Source: Bdellovibrionales bacterium
Lineage (GTDB): Bacteria; Bdellovibrionota; Bdellovibrionia; Bdellovibrionales; JAGQZY01
Direction: 5' to 3'
Length of the DNA stretch: 64,000 bases
Assembly (NCBI GenBank): GCA_031426555.1
Contig: JANPLN010000023.1
Coordinates: 214 to 64,213, forward strand
Made by a program: the position numbers and the translations under genes. Below, one piece after another: positions 1 to 8,649 of the stretch (position 1 is its first letter; each line of letters starts with the position of its first letter). The notes under the pieces are model-generated. The model was not told where the DNA came from. It worked only from the letters and a program-made list of their open reading frames with translations, and searched no databases.

Positions 1-1094
1 TGTTTCAGCGACAAGGATTGCTCCACCACCCACAGCGCCACGTCTCGCAGAACCTCAACCGACACTTGAACATTTTTATCAAAAGCGATGATGCCGTGGC
101 TTCCCGGCAAATCTTTGATGTGCAACCACAGGTGCCATGCCTTAGCTTTGCGCAAAATCTTAAGATTGTCCTCGGCAGATTTGCCAATAAACGCGCGCAG
201 GCCATCATTAATCACCTTCGTGCGCGCCTTCGTTCCCTCAGCCAAGCTATGGGTCACCCGACTCTTGCCGACCGGGGCCGCAGTAAAATCAAACAGTTCA
301 AGCTCTGCTTGCAGAACTTTTTGTCTCTCTAAAACCGCTTTGATTTTTTCTTTGCTCTGTTTCGCTTTACCAAAAGCATTTTCCACGTTCCACGACAAGG
401 ATTTGTTAAAATCTACACAGGCGCGATGCTCCTCGGGAACTTCTAAACTCCGATGCTCACCCAACCACTGGGCGGCCGCAAGCCAAGGCGAGGCCTCAAG
501 CTCCGATAACTTCTTTTGCAAATCCAAAAGCCCGTGTTGTTTTTTCTGAAAAATTTTTTGTCGGTCTTCCACTTTTACCGCCTTGCCGGCGGCGGGCTGA
601 GCAAACGCTTCCAGCCATTCCGTAAACAAAGCTTCCGGCATGCGTGGGTTTAAATCCTCGCTCACGGCTCCCATGGGCTTAAGCTCGCTCACTTTGCGCA
701 AACTGATATGGGCCGCGTTGGCAGCAAGTATTATGTTACGTGCCTGCGAGAACAAATGGATTTCCATCTGTCGTTTTTGCGAGAACTTTAAAACCAAAAG
801 TCGGCCGAATTCTTTTTTAACTTCAAGGCCCTCGAACACCGCACCTAAAAAGTGAGCTTTTAAAAATAATACGATGGGTTTGATTTGTTTTTTTAAACCC
901 GGTGCGCGATCCGTGCTTATTAAAAAATAGGGCTTCGGACGCAAATCCACCACGAAGTGAACTTTTTGCTCGTTGAATTTAAACAGCAACAACAAAACAT
1001 CATTGCTCAACACAACATCTTCCAAAACAGCCCCTGTAAAAAGAGCTGCCTTTTCCACGATGAGATCTAGTTCTTTGAATGAGAGCGACTTCAC
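1..1094 (-). CDS. NFACT/DUF814-family protein (fibronectin-binding-A / RqcH-like); C-terminus runs off the window
   Basis: Not in the ORF track (GTG start, open at the window edge). My own reverse-strand translation is stop-free from GTG at 1094 down to base 3: VKSLSFKELDLIVEKAALFTG...IGKSAEDNLKILRKAKAWHLWLHIKDLPGSHGIIAF. The WxH..PGSH block is the DUF814/NFACT-R signature. An in-frame TAA lies just upstream of the GTG. The start overlaps the stop of the upstream gene (GTGA). Confidence 0.6.
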   Translation of the reverse strand, partial: MKSLSFKELDLIVEKAALFTGAVLEDVVLSNDVLLLLFKFNEQKVHFVVDLRPKPYFLISTDRAPGLKKQIKPIVLFLKAHFLGAVFEGLEVKKEFGRLLVLKFSQKRQMEIHLFSQARNIILAANAAHISLRKVSELKPMGAVSEDLNPRMPEALFTEWLEAFAQPAAGKAVKVEDRQKIFQKKQHGLLDLQKKLSELEASPWLAAAQWLGEHRSLEVPEEHRACVDFNKSLSWNVENAFGKAKQSKEKIKAVLERQKVLQAELELFDFTAAPVGKSRVTHSLAEGTKARTKVINDGLRAFIGKSAEDNLKILRKAKAWHLWLHIKDLPGSHGIIAFDKNVQVSVEVLRDVALWVVEQSLSLK

Positions 1095-2233
1095 ATCTTA
1101 ACTTTATAATGAATCAACCGGCAGTCAATGCCACCATTGATCACAGGATAGCGCTGCTCTGCTCGCATCCCAAAATGGCGAGTGAGTTCGCGATTGCCCG
1201 AAAGCACAAACACATCCCAGCCCTTAAATTTGTTTTTGAGCGTAAAAGCAAAGTTCTTGTAGGTCTCGATCAAAAAGAATTCATCTCCCACCCGAATTCC
1301 GTAGGGAGGATTGGTGACGATGATGCCCTTTTCAACCGGTGCTTGGTCGATCTCCACCACATCTTTGCGAGTGAAGGAAATCAAATGATCCACACCGGCT
1401 TTGCGAGCGTTCTCCACCGCCATTTTGATGGCTTTGCGATCTTTATCGTAGCCGTAAAAAATCGGTTCCTTCACTTCTTTTAAACTGTCATCGTCTTCAA
1501 GCGCAGCAACTTCATCGATCACCGTGCTCCAGGCTTCGGGTTGAAAGGTTAAAAGCTTTTGAAAAGCAAAGTTTTTGCGGAGAGTTCCCGGCGCCCGCTT
1601 CATGTAAATCAAAGCGGCTTCGATCAGAATGGTCCCTGATCCACACATGGGATCGACAATGGGAGTGACCCCGTCCCAGTTTGCTAGCGACAACAATCCC
1701 GCCGCCACGTTTTCTTTAAGGGGAGCTTCCACAGTTCCCACGCGATACCCGCGCTGATTGAGAGTGGGGCTCGAGGTATCAATGGAGACCACGTACTTGT
1801 TGCGGAAGCCACGAATGTAGATGATCAAGCCTTCATCTTTTTCAACATCGGGACGCACACCAAATTTATCGCGGAATTGATCCACAATGGCGTCTTTGGC
1901 TTTCATCGCAACCAGGCGCTGGTCTGCCAAAGCACACTCCTCCACCTTCGCGCTGATCCAAAGTTTGCCATCGGGCTTAATGTATTTTGTAAAATCATGC
2001 TTTTGAATGTTGTGATAAAGATCTTCGGGCTTGTAAGCCGGAAATTCTAGGATCGGGAGAAGGATTCGAGTGGCGATGCTCGAACATAAGTTGGCGCGAT
2101 AGGCGCCTTCCCAATTGGATTCAAAAATCACACTGCTCTGATGACTTTCTAGTTTTTTAAGATCGAGTTTATGGAGTTCTTTAAATAGTACATCGGTAAG
2201 GCCTGGTGAAGTGACGGCCACGAATCTTGGCAT
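1091..2233 (-). CDS. THUMP-domain class I SAM-dependent RNA methyltransferase (RlmL/COG0116-like)
   Basis: 380-aa ORF. N-terminal THUMP-like region, SAM-binding DPMCGSGTILIEA and catalytic NPPYG motif. Confidence 0.8.
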   Translation of the reverse strand: MPRFVAVTSPGLTDVLFKELHKLDLKKLESHQSSVIFESNWEGAYRANLCSSIATRILLPILEFPAYKPEDLYHNIQKHDFTKYIKPDGKLWISAKVEECALADQRLVAMKAKDAIVDQFRDKFGVRPDVEKDEGLIIYIRGFRNKYVVSIDTSSPTLNQRGYRVGTVEAPLKENVAAGLLSLANWDGVTPIVDPMCGSGTILIEAALIYMKRAPGTLRKNFAFQKLLTFQPEAWSTVIDEVAALEDDDSLKEVKEPIFYGYDKDRKAIKMAVENARKAGVDHLISFTRKDVVEIDQAPVEKGIIVTNPPYGIRVGDEFFLIETYKNFAFTLKNKFKGWDVFVLSGNRELTRHFGMRAEQRYPVINGGIDCRLIHYKVKM

Positions 2234-2399
2234 ATTTTCCTCTTTCTAGGCACACCTTCTCACCCAGACGCTTGTCGTTTGCGCGTCTGGTTCGTGCGTA
2301 CCTAATGTTTATGTGATTGAGGGTGTAACATAGGTTCTTGCGAGGAAGAACCTATTTCCGATGGGTTAGAGGTTTTTACAAAGACGTCAAAAATTATGA

Positions 2400-3740
2400 C
2401 TACCTATACTCATAGGCGCCAATATCAACAGCACCACCCACGAGGCGAGAGAGACCCATAAAGTCCAAGGCAGGCGCGTTCATCAAGGTTCCGGTGTCGA
2501 CAGCCAACCCACCCATTTTTAAGCGGTAGTCCAGCTGAGCTGGGTTTGCGAAGATTTGCGCTAAGTTTCCACTGTTGGAAATCAGGTTATTACTCGTCGT
2601 AGTTCCTGAGCCCGCGTCCACGGTTGGCGAAATATTATTGCGAATCACCGATCCACTGGAAACAGTTCCGTTTTTATGATTGGTGATCATAATCCAAGGA
2701 CGGATGTTATCGCTAAGGTTTGGATCGATCACGGTGTTGTTTATAATTTTCACATTGATCGCGCCGTAAAAAGAAATGGCGTGGTAGTGGTTAGTCACGA
2801 TGACATTGTTTTCCACGACCCAGTCTTTAAACATTCCGTCAAATAGACCAATCGCTTGCAAATTGCACTTGAGTGGATGGCTCTGATTTTCGTGATCGGT
2901 AAAGTAGTTACCTCGTAAAGTAATACCAGTAACGACTCCTGTTCCCGGAACACCGCCGGCACCTAAGGACCACGACTGAAATCCATCCATATGGTTATCA
3001 TCCACTTGATAGCAATTTCTAATATCGTTGTATTCAAAAGTCGTATTGTCGCCCAGTCCGCGAAGTCCATCGCCGCGAAAGTCTTTGATTTTGTTTCGTG
3101 CAATTAAAGAGTTTGTGGCACCCACTGAAATCCCAAAGCCAAGATTTCGTAAAACATTATCGCGAATTGTAATTCGCGTGCCGCCCGCAGAAATTCCATT
3201 GCCGGTTTCGTTCACCCAGCGAGCTGCCGTCCAACTGGTCGTGTCGTCGGCATAGGTGATCAAAGATTTTTCAAAAATAATATCTTGTCCGTTGAGCGAA
3301 ACCGCGTCACCCATGCTGTCGCCACTGGCTTTTCGCGGTGAAAATGTTAAACCACTAAACACTAAGCGACTGCTGCTTTGTACACGCAAGCTTTTAAAAA
3401 CCGGCACGGCATTGATTTGCGGGCGAATTGTTACATTTTGAGAAAAATTGCGATTGCTCACTACCAGTTGCCCGTAGCTTCCAGAAGCTAAAGCAATGGT
3501 GTCACCAGCAATGGCATTTTGTAAAGCGGTCGTAAGTTCGCTGGCTGAAGATACAAGTTTCGCGTTGGCAGGTAAGGAATCTGTCACTGGAGGTGGATCT
3601 TCAGCAATCACGCAGTCTGGGGCTGTGCAAACATTGCCCGCCGGCGTTTCGCTCAGAAGAGCTTCGGAAGTGCTGTTATAGTCTGCCCCGCAACCTGTAA
3701 GAAAAATCAAAATCCCGATGTATAATTTTTTGTTGAGCAT
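2400..3740 (-). CDS. Secreted lipoprotein with right-handed parallel beta-helix repeats
   Basis: Lipobox LTGC after a signal peptide. Repeated N/D-rich beta-helix turns (IRDNV, IRNC, ENNVIV, IINNTVI, IRNNI). C-terminal DIGAYEY motif common in beta-helix proteins. Confidence 0.7.
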   Translation of the reverse strand: MLNKKLYIGILIFLTGCGADYNSTSEALLSETPAGNVCTAPDCVIAEDPPPVTDSLPANAKLVSSASELTTALQNAIAGDTIALASGSYGQLVVSNRNFSQNVTIRPQINAVPVFKSLRVQSSSRLVFSGLTFSPRKASGDSMGDAVSLNGQDIIFEKSLITYADDTTSWTAARWVNETGNGISAGGTRITIRDNVLRNLGFGISVGATNSLIARNKIKDFRGDGLRGLGDNTTFEYNDIRNCYQVDDNHMDGFQSWSLGAGGVPGTGVVTGITLRGNYFTDHENQSHPLKCNLQAIGLFDGMFKDWVVENNVIVTNHYHAISFYGAINVKIINNTVIDPNLSDNIRPWIMITNHKNGTVSSGSVIRNNISPTVDAGSGTTTSNNLISNSGNLAQIFANPAQLDYRLKMGGLAVDTGTLMNAPALDFMGLSRLVGGAVDIGAYEYR

Positions 3741-3885
3741 AATCCCCCACCTTGTTCACAACTTTATAAAGCAATTGGCATGACGGGATCGGTTTTTCGT
3801 AAACGAATATAAGCGCTTACGCCGTATCGCTACGGCGCATGTCTCATTGTGACTGTCGAACTCTCTTCCAATGACTAGCGGCTGA

Positions 3886-5598
3886 TCAAACTTCTTTGTA
3901 GTTCGGACCGCCGGTGGCTTCTGGGAGAGTCCAATCGATGTTATCAAAAGGACACTTCAGATCGCACGTATGGCAGTGAATACAGTTTGTGTAATTAATC
4001 TGCAGCTTTTTTTTGCCAGACGTTGAATCATCGATCATCTCGTAAACATTCGCAGGGCAAAAATGATTGCAAGGAGAATCATACTGCGGTTTGCAAATGT
4101 CGGAGCAGATATTGCCATCCTGAAGTTTAAGATGGTTTGGCGAATCCTCGTCATGCATGGTCCCGGTGAGATAAACGCTGCTCAATTTATCAAAAAACAA
4201 TTTGTTATCGGGTGTGGGTAAGCGCTTTTCCATTTCGGCCACTGTTGTGGAGCCCCAAGTTTCCTTAATAGTCCGCGTGGTTTCGAAGTCTTTATGCTCT
4301 ATGGGTCTGCGAGCGATCATACCCCGTCCACCGGTAAGCTCTTGCAGCATGATCTCTGGCATGGAGGCCAAAAGTCCTTTGCTCAAAGCTTGGTGAAAGT
4401 TTCGCGTTTTCCAAAGTTCGGTTTTAATGTAACTGGCATTTACTTTGTCTTCGTAAGTCTTCAATGTTTCGGCGCTGAAATCGTTTTTGCTCAAAGCTTC
4501 CACTGCAGTTTCTGCGGCCAGCATTCCGCTCTTCATCGCCAAATGAATACCTTTTAGTTTTTTTACATCCACCATGGAAACCGTATCTCCGCAGGCCATC
4601 ATGCCATGGTGATAAAGTTTGCTCATCGAAAACCAACCACCGGCCGGCAGAGATTTTCCGCCGTAAGTGATCACGTGGCCACCCTTTAAAAGTTTTTGCA
4701 TAAACGGATGGGTTTTTAATTTTTGCAACTCGCGATGGGGATCTAAAAGTGGATCTCTGGTGTCGAGGTAGGCACAAAGTCCCACCACAATTTGATCATT
4801 TTTAAGAGTGTAAATAAAAGTTCCGCCAAGACTTTTGTTAAACGGAAAACCAAGAGTATGAATCACCTGGCCGGGCTCCACAGTCCCTGCAGGCATTTGA
4901 ATGATTTCTTTTACGCCCAGTTCAAAAACCTCAGGATTGCGATCTTCGCGCAAGCCCAGTTTTTCCGAAACTCTTTTCAACAGCGGACTGCGCGTGCCGT
5001 CCGCAAAAACGGTGATCTTAGCTTTGATGATCATTCCCGGTTCGAAATTTTCTTTGGGCTCGCCATTTTTATTTAAACCGCGATCGCCGGTTTGCACGCC
5101 GATTACCTTGTCACCATCGAGCAAAACTTTGGCGGCGGTGAAGCCTGCAAAAATATTTACGCCTTTCGCTTCGGCTTGTTGGGCCAGCCAGCGATTGTAT
5201 TGGCTCAGCGAAATAATCACATTGCCGTGGTTTTGAAACGGCGGCGGAATGATGGGACTTTTGAGCGAAAAGGATTTCCCCAAATAATGAAAGGCTTCTT
5301 TTTTAACTTCGGAGTTAATCGGACAACCGAGCTCTTGATAGTTGGGAATCAACTCTTTCAGGGCCACCGGATTAAGCACCGCTCCCGACAAACTGTGGGC
5401 GCCAATTTCGGAACCTTTTTCGAGAACAACCACCATGGGGTCGGCACCTTGGGCCGTCATGAGATTCCTAAAATGAATGGCGCACGACAAGCCGGCAGCT
5501 CCCCCGCCAACAACAAGAACATCCACTTCCATTTCTTCTCTGGTTACTGCACTGGTGACATCACTGGTTTCTGCACTGGCAACTGCATCCGTACTCAT
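3886..5598 (-). CDS. Electron-transfer flavoprotein:ubiquinone oxidoreductase (ETF-QO)
   Basis: 570 aa. FAD fold VLVVGGGAAGLSCA. C-terminal 4Fe-4S ferredoxin-like segment CIHCHTCDLKCP followed by GGPNY, and the typical length. Confidence 0.9.
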   Translation of the reverse strand: MSTDAVASAETSDVTSAVTREEMEVDVLVVGGGAAGLSCAIHFRNLMTAQGADPMVVVLEKGSEIGAHSLSGAVLNPVALKELIPNYQELGCPINSEVKKEAFHYLGKSFSLKSPIIPPPFQNHGNVIISLSQYNRWLAQQAEAKGVNIFAGFTAAKVLLDGDKVIGVQTGDRGLNKNGEPKENFEPGMIIKAKITVFADGTRSPLLKRVSEKLGLREDRNPEVFELGVKEIIQMPAGTVEPGQVIHTLGFPFNKSLGGTFIYTLKNDQIVVGLCAYLDTRDPLLDPHRELQKLKTHPFMQKLLKGGHVITYGGKSLPAGGWFSMSKLYHHGMMACGDTVSMVDVKKLKGIHLAMKSGMLAAETAVEALSKNDFSAETLKTYEDKVNASYIKTELWKTRNFHQALSKGLLASMPEIMLQELTGGRGMIARRPIEHKDFETTRTIKETWGSTTVAEMEKRLPTPDNKLFFDKLSSVYLTGTMHDEDSPNHLKLQDGNICSDICKPQYDSPCNHFCPANVYEMIDDSTSGKKKLQINYTNCIHCHTCDLKCPFDNIDWTLPEATGGPNYKEV

Positions 5599-5695
5599 AA
5601 GCCCTCCAAAATGAAATTCAACATTTCATTATTAAAGGATCTTGGTCCATCTGGCAAAGGTTGATCGAAGTTTAGCGCAATCGCGCTTGAAAGGC

Positions 5696-6001
5696 CTAAT
5701 CCTCGTGGAGAATCTTGTACTCAATCCACGATCTAGAAAGCGTGGGCTCCGACGCTGGAATGGTTTTGAGCACGTCCAAATATTCGTCGCTGTTCTTAAC
5801 GGGGGCATCGTTCGCAGCCACGACGCTGCTTGGCTCTCTTTGCGCTTCGGCAACCGCCATTTTAGCCACTTCTTCGTCCGAGGGAAAATACGGCTCTGCC
5901 CAAGTTTCTTGATTCATCAAATCAGGATCGATGATCGTTTCACCGGCATTGCAAAAACAACCTGCCAAAAGCACCGCTAGGAATAATAGTTTTATACGCA
6001 T
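5696..6001 (-). CDS. Small secreted/lipoprotein, hypothetical
   Basis: Signal/lipobox MRIKLLFLAVLLAGCF. This is the only ORF in the interval with an export signal. Confidence 0.45.
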   Translation of the reverse strand: MRIKLLFLAVLLAGCFCNAGETIIDPDLMNQETWAEPYFPSDEEVAKMAVAEAQREPSSVVAANDAPVKNSDEYLDVLKTIPASEPTLSRSWIEYKILHED

Positions 6002-6092
6002 TGTTTTATTTTATATTGGAACAACTAAAAATCTAGAGGACCGAAGGCGTGTTTTGGTCGCGGACTGGAATGCACATGGGCACGACCCCATT

Positions 6093-6962
6093 CTAAAGCT
6101 TACGATGAGACAAAAGTGGAATCTGCGACCGGGTTTTTTGAATCTGCGCGCGATCGAGCTCCAAGGTCAGCGGCTTTAAAGACAGCGGCTGATCAAACGA
6201 ACTGGACGCGGCAAGAATTTCCCCCCACGGACCAACGATCAGACTCTCTCCCCACGTTTGCCGTTCGGCGAGCTGCGGGTTTTGCAAACTGCGGTGCATG
6301 CCCACCTGCGCCGGCGCCGCCACAAAACTTTGTGTCTCGATGGCGCGGGCCCGCAACAGCACCTGCCAATGACTTCTGCCCGTGGGAACTAAAAACGACG
6401 ATGGCACCAAAATCAAATCCGCCTTTTGTTTATGGTAATGGGTAAAAAGCTCTGCAAAACGCAGGTCGTAGCAAATGGTCATCCCCACACGCCAGCCCTT
6501 CACGTCTAAAATCGAAGGCTCACTCCCCGCGCAAAACGAATCGGATTCACGTACCACGCGCCCTTCCACATCCACATCAAACAGATGGATCTTGCGGTAA
6601 AGCACCTTCACCGCACCCGATGGTTCAACCACCACCGACGCATTGGAAACCTGGCTGTTCGTTTTTTTAGGAATTCCCGGCGCCGACCCTTCGCGAAGCG
6701 GAATTCCACCCAAATGCAAAAAGCATTGGTTTTTTTGCGCCCAAGCTGCGAGCTCTGGCCAAAAACTTTCCGTTAAATTGAGCGCATGGGTTGGATCGAG
6801 TTTTGAATTAAAATTAAAATAGAGTGAGTTTTCCGGAAAACACACGAGATCGGGCTTAAAGCTTTCTAGAGATTTGAGCTGAGTGAGAATCGACTGAACA
6901 TTCGCCTCAACACGATCGGTGGAGGCCATTGGCACAATTGCCAGTCTGAGTTTATCAGACAT
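6093..6962 (-). CDS. Carbon-nitrogen hydrolase (nitrilase superfamily / omega-amidase-like)
   Basis: 289 aa. Catalytic-triad context: FPE (Glu), RKIHLF (Lys), ICYDLRF (Cys). Confidence 0.85.
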   Translation of the reverse strand: MSDKLRLAIVPMASTDRVEANVQSILTQLKSLESFKPDLVCFPENSLYFNFNSKLDPTHALNLTESFWPELAAWAQKNQCFLHLGGIPLREGSAPGIPKKTNSQVSNASVVVEPSGAVKVLYRKIHLFDVDVEGRVVRESDSFCAGSEPSILDVKGWRVGMTICYDLRFAELFTHYHKQKADLILVPSSFLVPTGRSHWQVLLRARAIETQSFVAAPAQVGMHRSLQNPQLAERQTWGESLIVGPWGEILAASSSFDQPLSLKPLTLELDRAQIQKTRSQIPLLSHRKL

Positions 6963-7006
6963 GGCTTACACCCCAACCTGTTGAGTTGAGGTTTCTAACT
7001 GATCCA

Positions 7007-7276
7007 TTAGGCGTTTTTAGAAGCGGTTTTCTTTTTGGCTTTGGCTTTTGCCGAAGACTTGCTAGCAGCTTCGATCAACTTCACGTTGGAGTAGTGAATG
7101 GTGCCTTCAGTTTTAACAAGGTGGTTTTCTTTTTTATCCAAATTGGTCTGAATGCGAACGCCTTGAACTTTAATGCGCATTGTATTTGGATAAACTTCTA
7201 ACACAGAACCGGTTTTACCTTTGTCGCTGCCAGAAATAACTTTAACTGTGGAACCTTTTTTAATCTTTAGTTTCAT
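7007..7276 (-). CDS. KOW-domain ribosomal protein uL24-like with K/A-rich tail
   Basis: MKLKIKKGSTVKVISGSDKGKTGSVLEV...IHYSNVKL follows the L24 KOW pattern. It lies outside a canonical S10/spc operon context. Confidence 0.6.
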   Translation of the reverse strand: MKLKIKKGSTVKVISGSDKGKTGSVLEVYPNTMRIKVQGVRIQTNLDKKENHLVKTEGTIHYSNVKLIEAASKSSAKAKAKKKTASKNA

Positions 7277-7307
7277 ACTTCACCTATCTTTATTTTAGAC
7301 TCTCTTT

Positions 7308-7697
7308 TTAAACTTTCTTTTTAGCTTTAGCTTTTACTGTCGCAGTGGCTTTTGCCGCTACCCCAGTGGTTTTAGCTTCAACAGTCGTCGCTTTCGCAGC
7401 TCCAGCAGTGGCCTTTTTAGCTTTTATCTTACGAACAATGCGTCTTTTCACCGTGAGGGCGCGAGGAGACATAGAGTCTTCGTCTTGATTCAAAATAAAC
7501 TTATCGAAACCACCAGAATGCTCCAACGAGCGAATCGTGCTTGCCGCAATTCTCAAAGTTACGAACTCAGCAAGAGCATTGCTAAAAATACGTTTCTTTT
7601 GAACATTGGGAATGGCCTTAAACTTTGTTTTGATGTTTGAATGGCTCACTAAGTTCTTAACAACAGGGCATTTTCCAGTCAGTTCACAACGTGCCAC
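7308..7697 (-). CDS. rpmB: 50S ribosomal protein L28 (bL28) with long K/A-rich C-terminal extension
   Basis: ARCELTGKCPVVKNLVSHSNIKTK is the L28 N-terminal signature. I place the start at GTG 7697, 5 nt after a perfect AAGGAGG, rather than at the track start 7721. Confidence 0.85.
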   Translation of the reverse strand: MARCELTGKCPVVKNLVSHSNIKTKFKAIPNVQKKRIFSNALAEFVTLRIAASTIRSLEHSGGFDKFILNQDEDSMSPRALTVKRRIVRKIKAKKATAGAAKATTVEAKTTGVAAKATATVKAKAKKKV

Positions 7698-7810
7698 GAT
7701 GGCCTCCTTAAAAATTAACAAAAGAGTTTATAATTGAAAAAGAGACTTGTTGGCAACCCTAATTTATCGTATACAGTCAGATTCCTAACCCATATTAATG
7801 GAGTGATTGA

Positions 7811-8107
7811 ATGAAAGAGACTGGAACCGATAATTCTTTACGCAAAGTGATCCGCAACAAGTACCGCACAGATCTTCGCGGCGATCATTTTTTCGACTAT
7901 AAAGATCCAGGAAGCCTAAGCCGCTATGTTTCTGAAGGTGGCAAGATTACCCCGGCTCGCATCAGCAAATTGAGCTTAAATCAGCAAAAAAAGCTGTGTT
8001 CTGCCGTTAAAAAGGCCCGTAACCTGGCGCTTCTACCAAATGGTGCACCTGCTTACGATGAAGGCGGAATCCCAGAAATGATCTCGCCAAAGCCATTTTC
8101 GATCTAA
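7811..8107 (+). CDS. rpsR: 30S ribosomal protein S18 (bS18)
   Basis: FDYKDPGSLSRYVSEGGKITPARISKLSLNQQKKLCSAVKKARNLALLP matches the conserved S18 core. Confidence 0.85.
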   Translation: MKETGTDNSLRKVIRNKYRTDLRGDHFFDYKDPGSLSRYVSEGGKITPARISKLSLNQQKKLCSAVKKARNLALLPNGAPAYDEGGIPEMISPKPFSI

Positions 8108-8170
8108 TTTCTCGAATGGATTGAATTCTGCCTTCACCGGCAGGGTAAATAATGCAGTCAGCAAAACCAA

Positions 8171-8202
8171 GCTCAGCGCACCCCGCTGGGCTTTTTGTTT
8201 TT
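8171..8202 (+). terminator. Rho-independent terminator after rpsR
   Basis: GCTCAGCG-caccc-CGCTGGGC stem (8 bp, one G-U) followed by TTTTTGTTTTT. Confidence 0.6.
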
Positions 8203-8428
8203 GAGCCCCAGAGGTCCTTCGGTTCGTTGGACTGGTATTTTTTACACGGGGTTTCTTCGCAAAAGAATCCGATTTTTTAATTTGAGAGCCCTCTTTTGTC
8301 CGGATGCCGAAAATTTTTGTCACCAAAATCCGAAAATTCCGAATTTTTTTATTTTATGCGAATTTAAAGCGGACACTGCGTGGCACTGCCCTTGCTCTTA
8401 CAGTCTCTTGAGAAACAAGGGAGATACC

Positions 8429-8626
8429 ATGAAAAAATCACAAAAATTCACACTGATCCAGATGCTCACGCAGTTCGGACTCGATCCGGCGGAGTGGTTG
8501 ATCGACAGTAACGGGAAAGGTTTTTTTGATAAACTTTTACTCGTTAACAAAGACGATCCCAACTTTCGTTTGATTGGCGAAAAAGATCAAAAAGGTTGGA
8601 AGAGTTTGCAGCTGCTTTCTATTTAG
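8429..8626 (+). CDS. Small hypothetical protein (65 aa)
   Basis: Internal ATG of track ORF 8195..8626, preceded by AAGGGAG. The upstream part of the track ORF overlaps the terminator and a low-complexity region. Confidence 0.4.
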   Translation: MKKSQKFTLIQMLTQFGLDPAEWLIDSNGKGFFDKLLLVNKDDPNFRLIGEKDQKGWKSLQLLSI

Positions 8627-8649
8627 TGCGGCCACAAGAATGGCAAACG

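Noticed and set aside
2266-2358. Two hairpins, CCAGACGC...GCGTCTGG and ATAGGTTCTT...AAGAACCTAT, between the beta-helix gene and the methyltransferase gene, considered as terminators.
   Set aside because: Neither is followed by a T-tract in the minus-strand (transcribed) orientation. They may be regulatory or rho-dependent elements, but I cannot support a terminator call.
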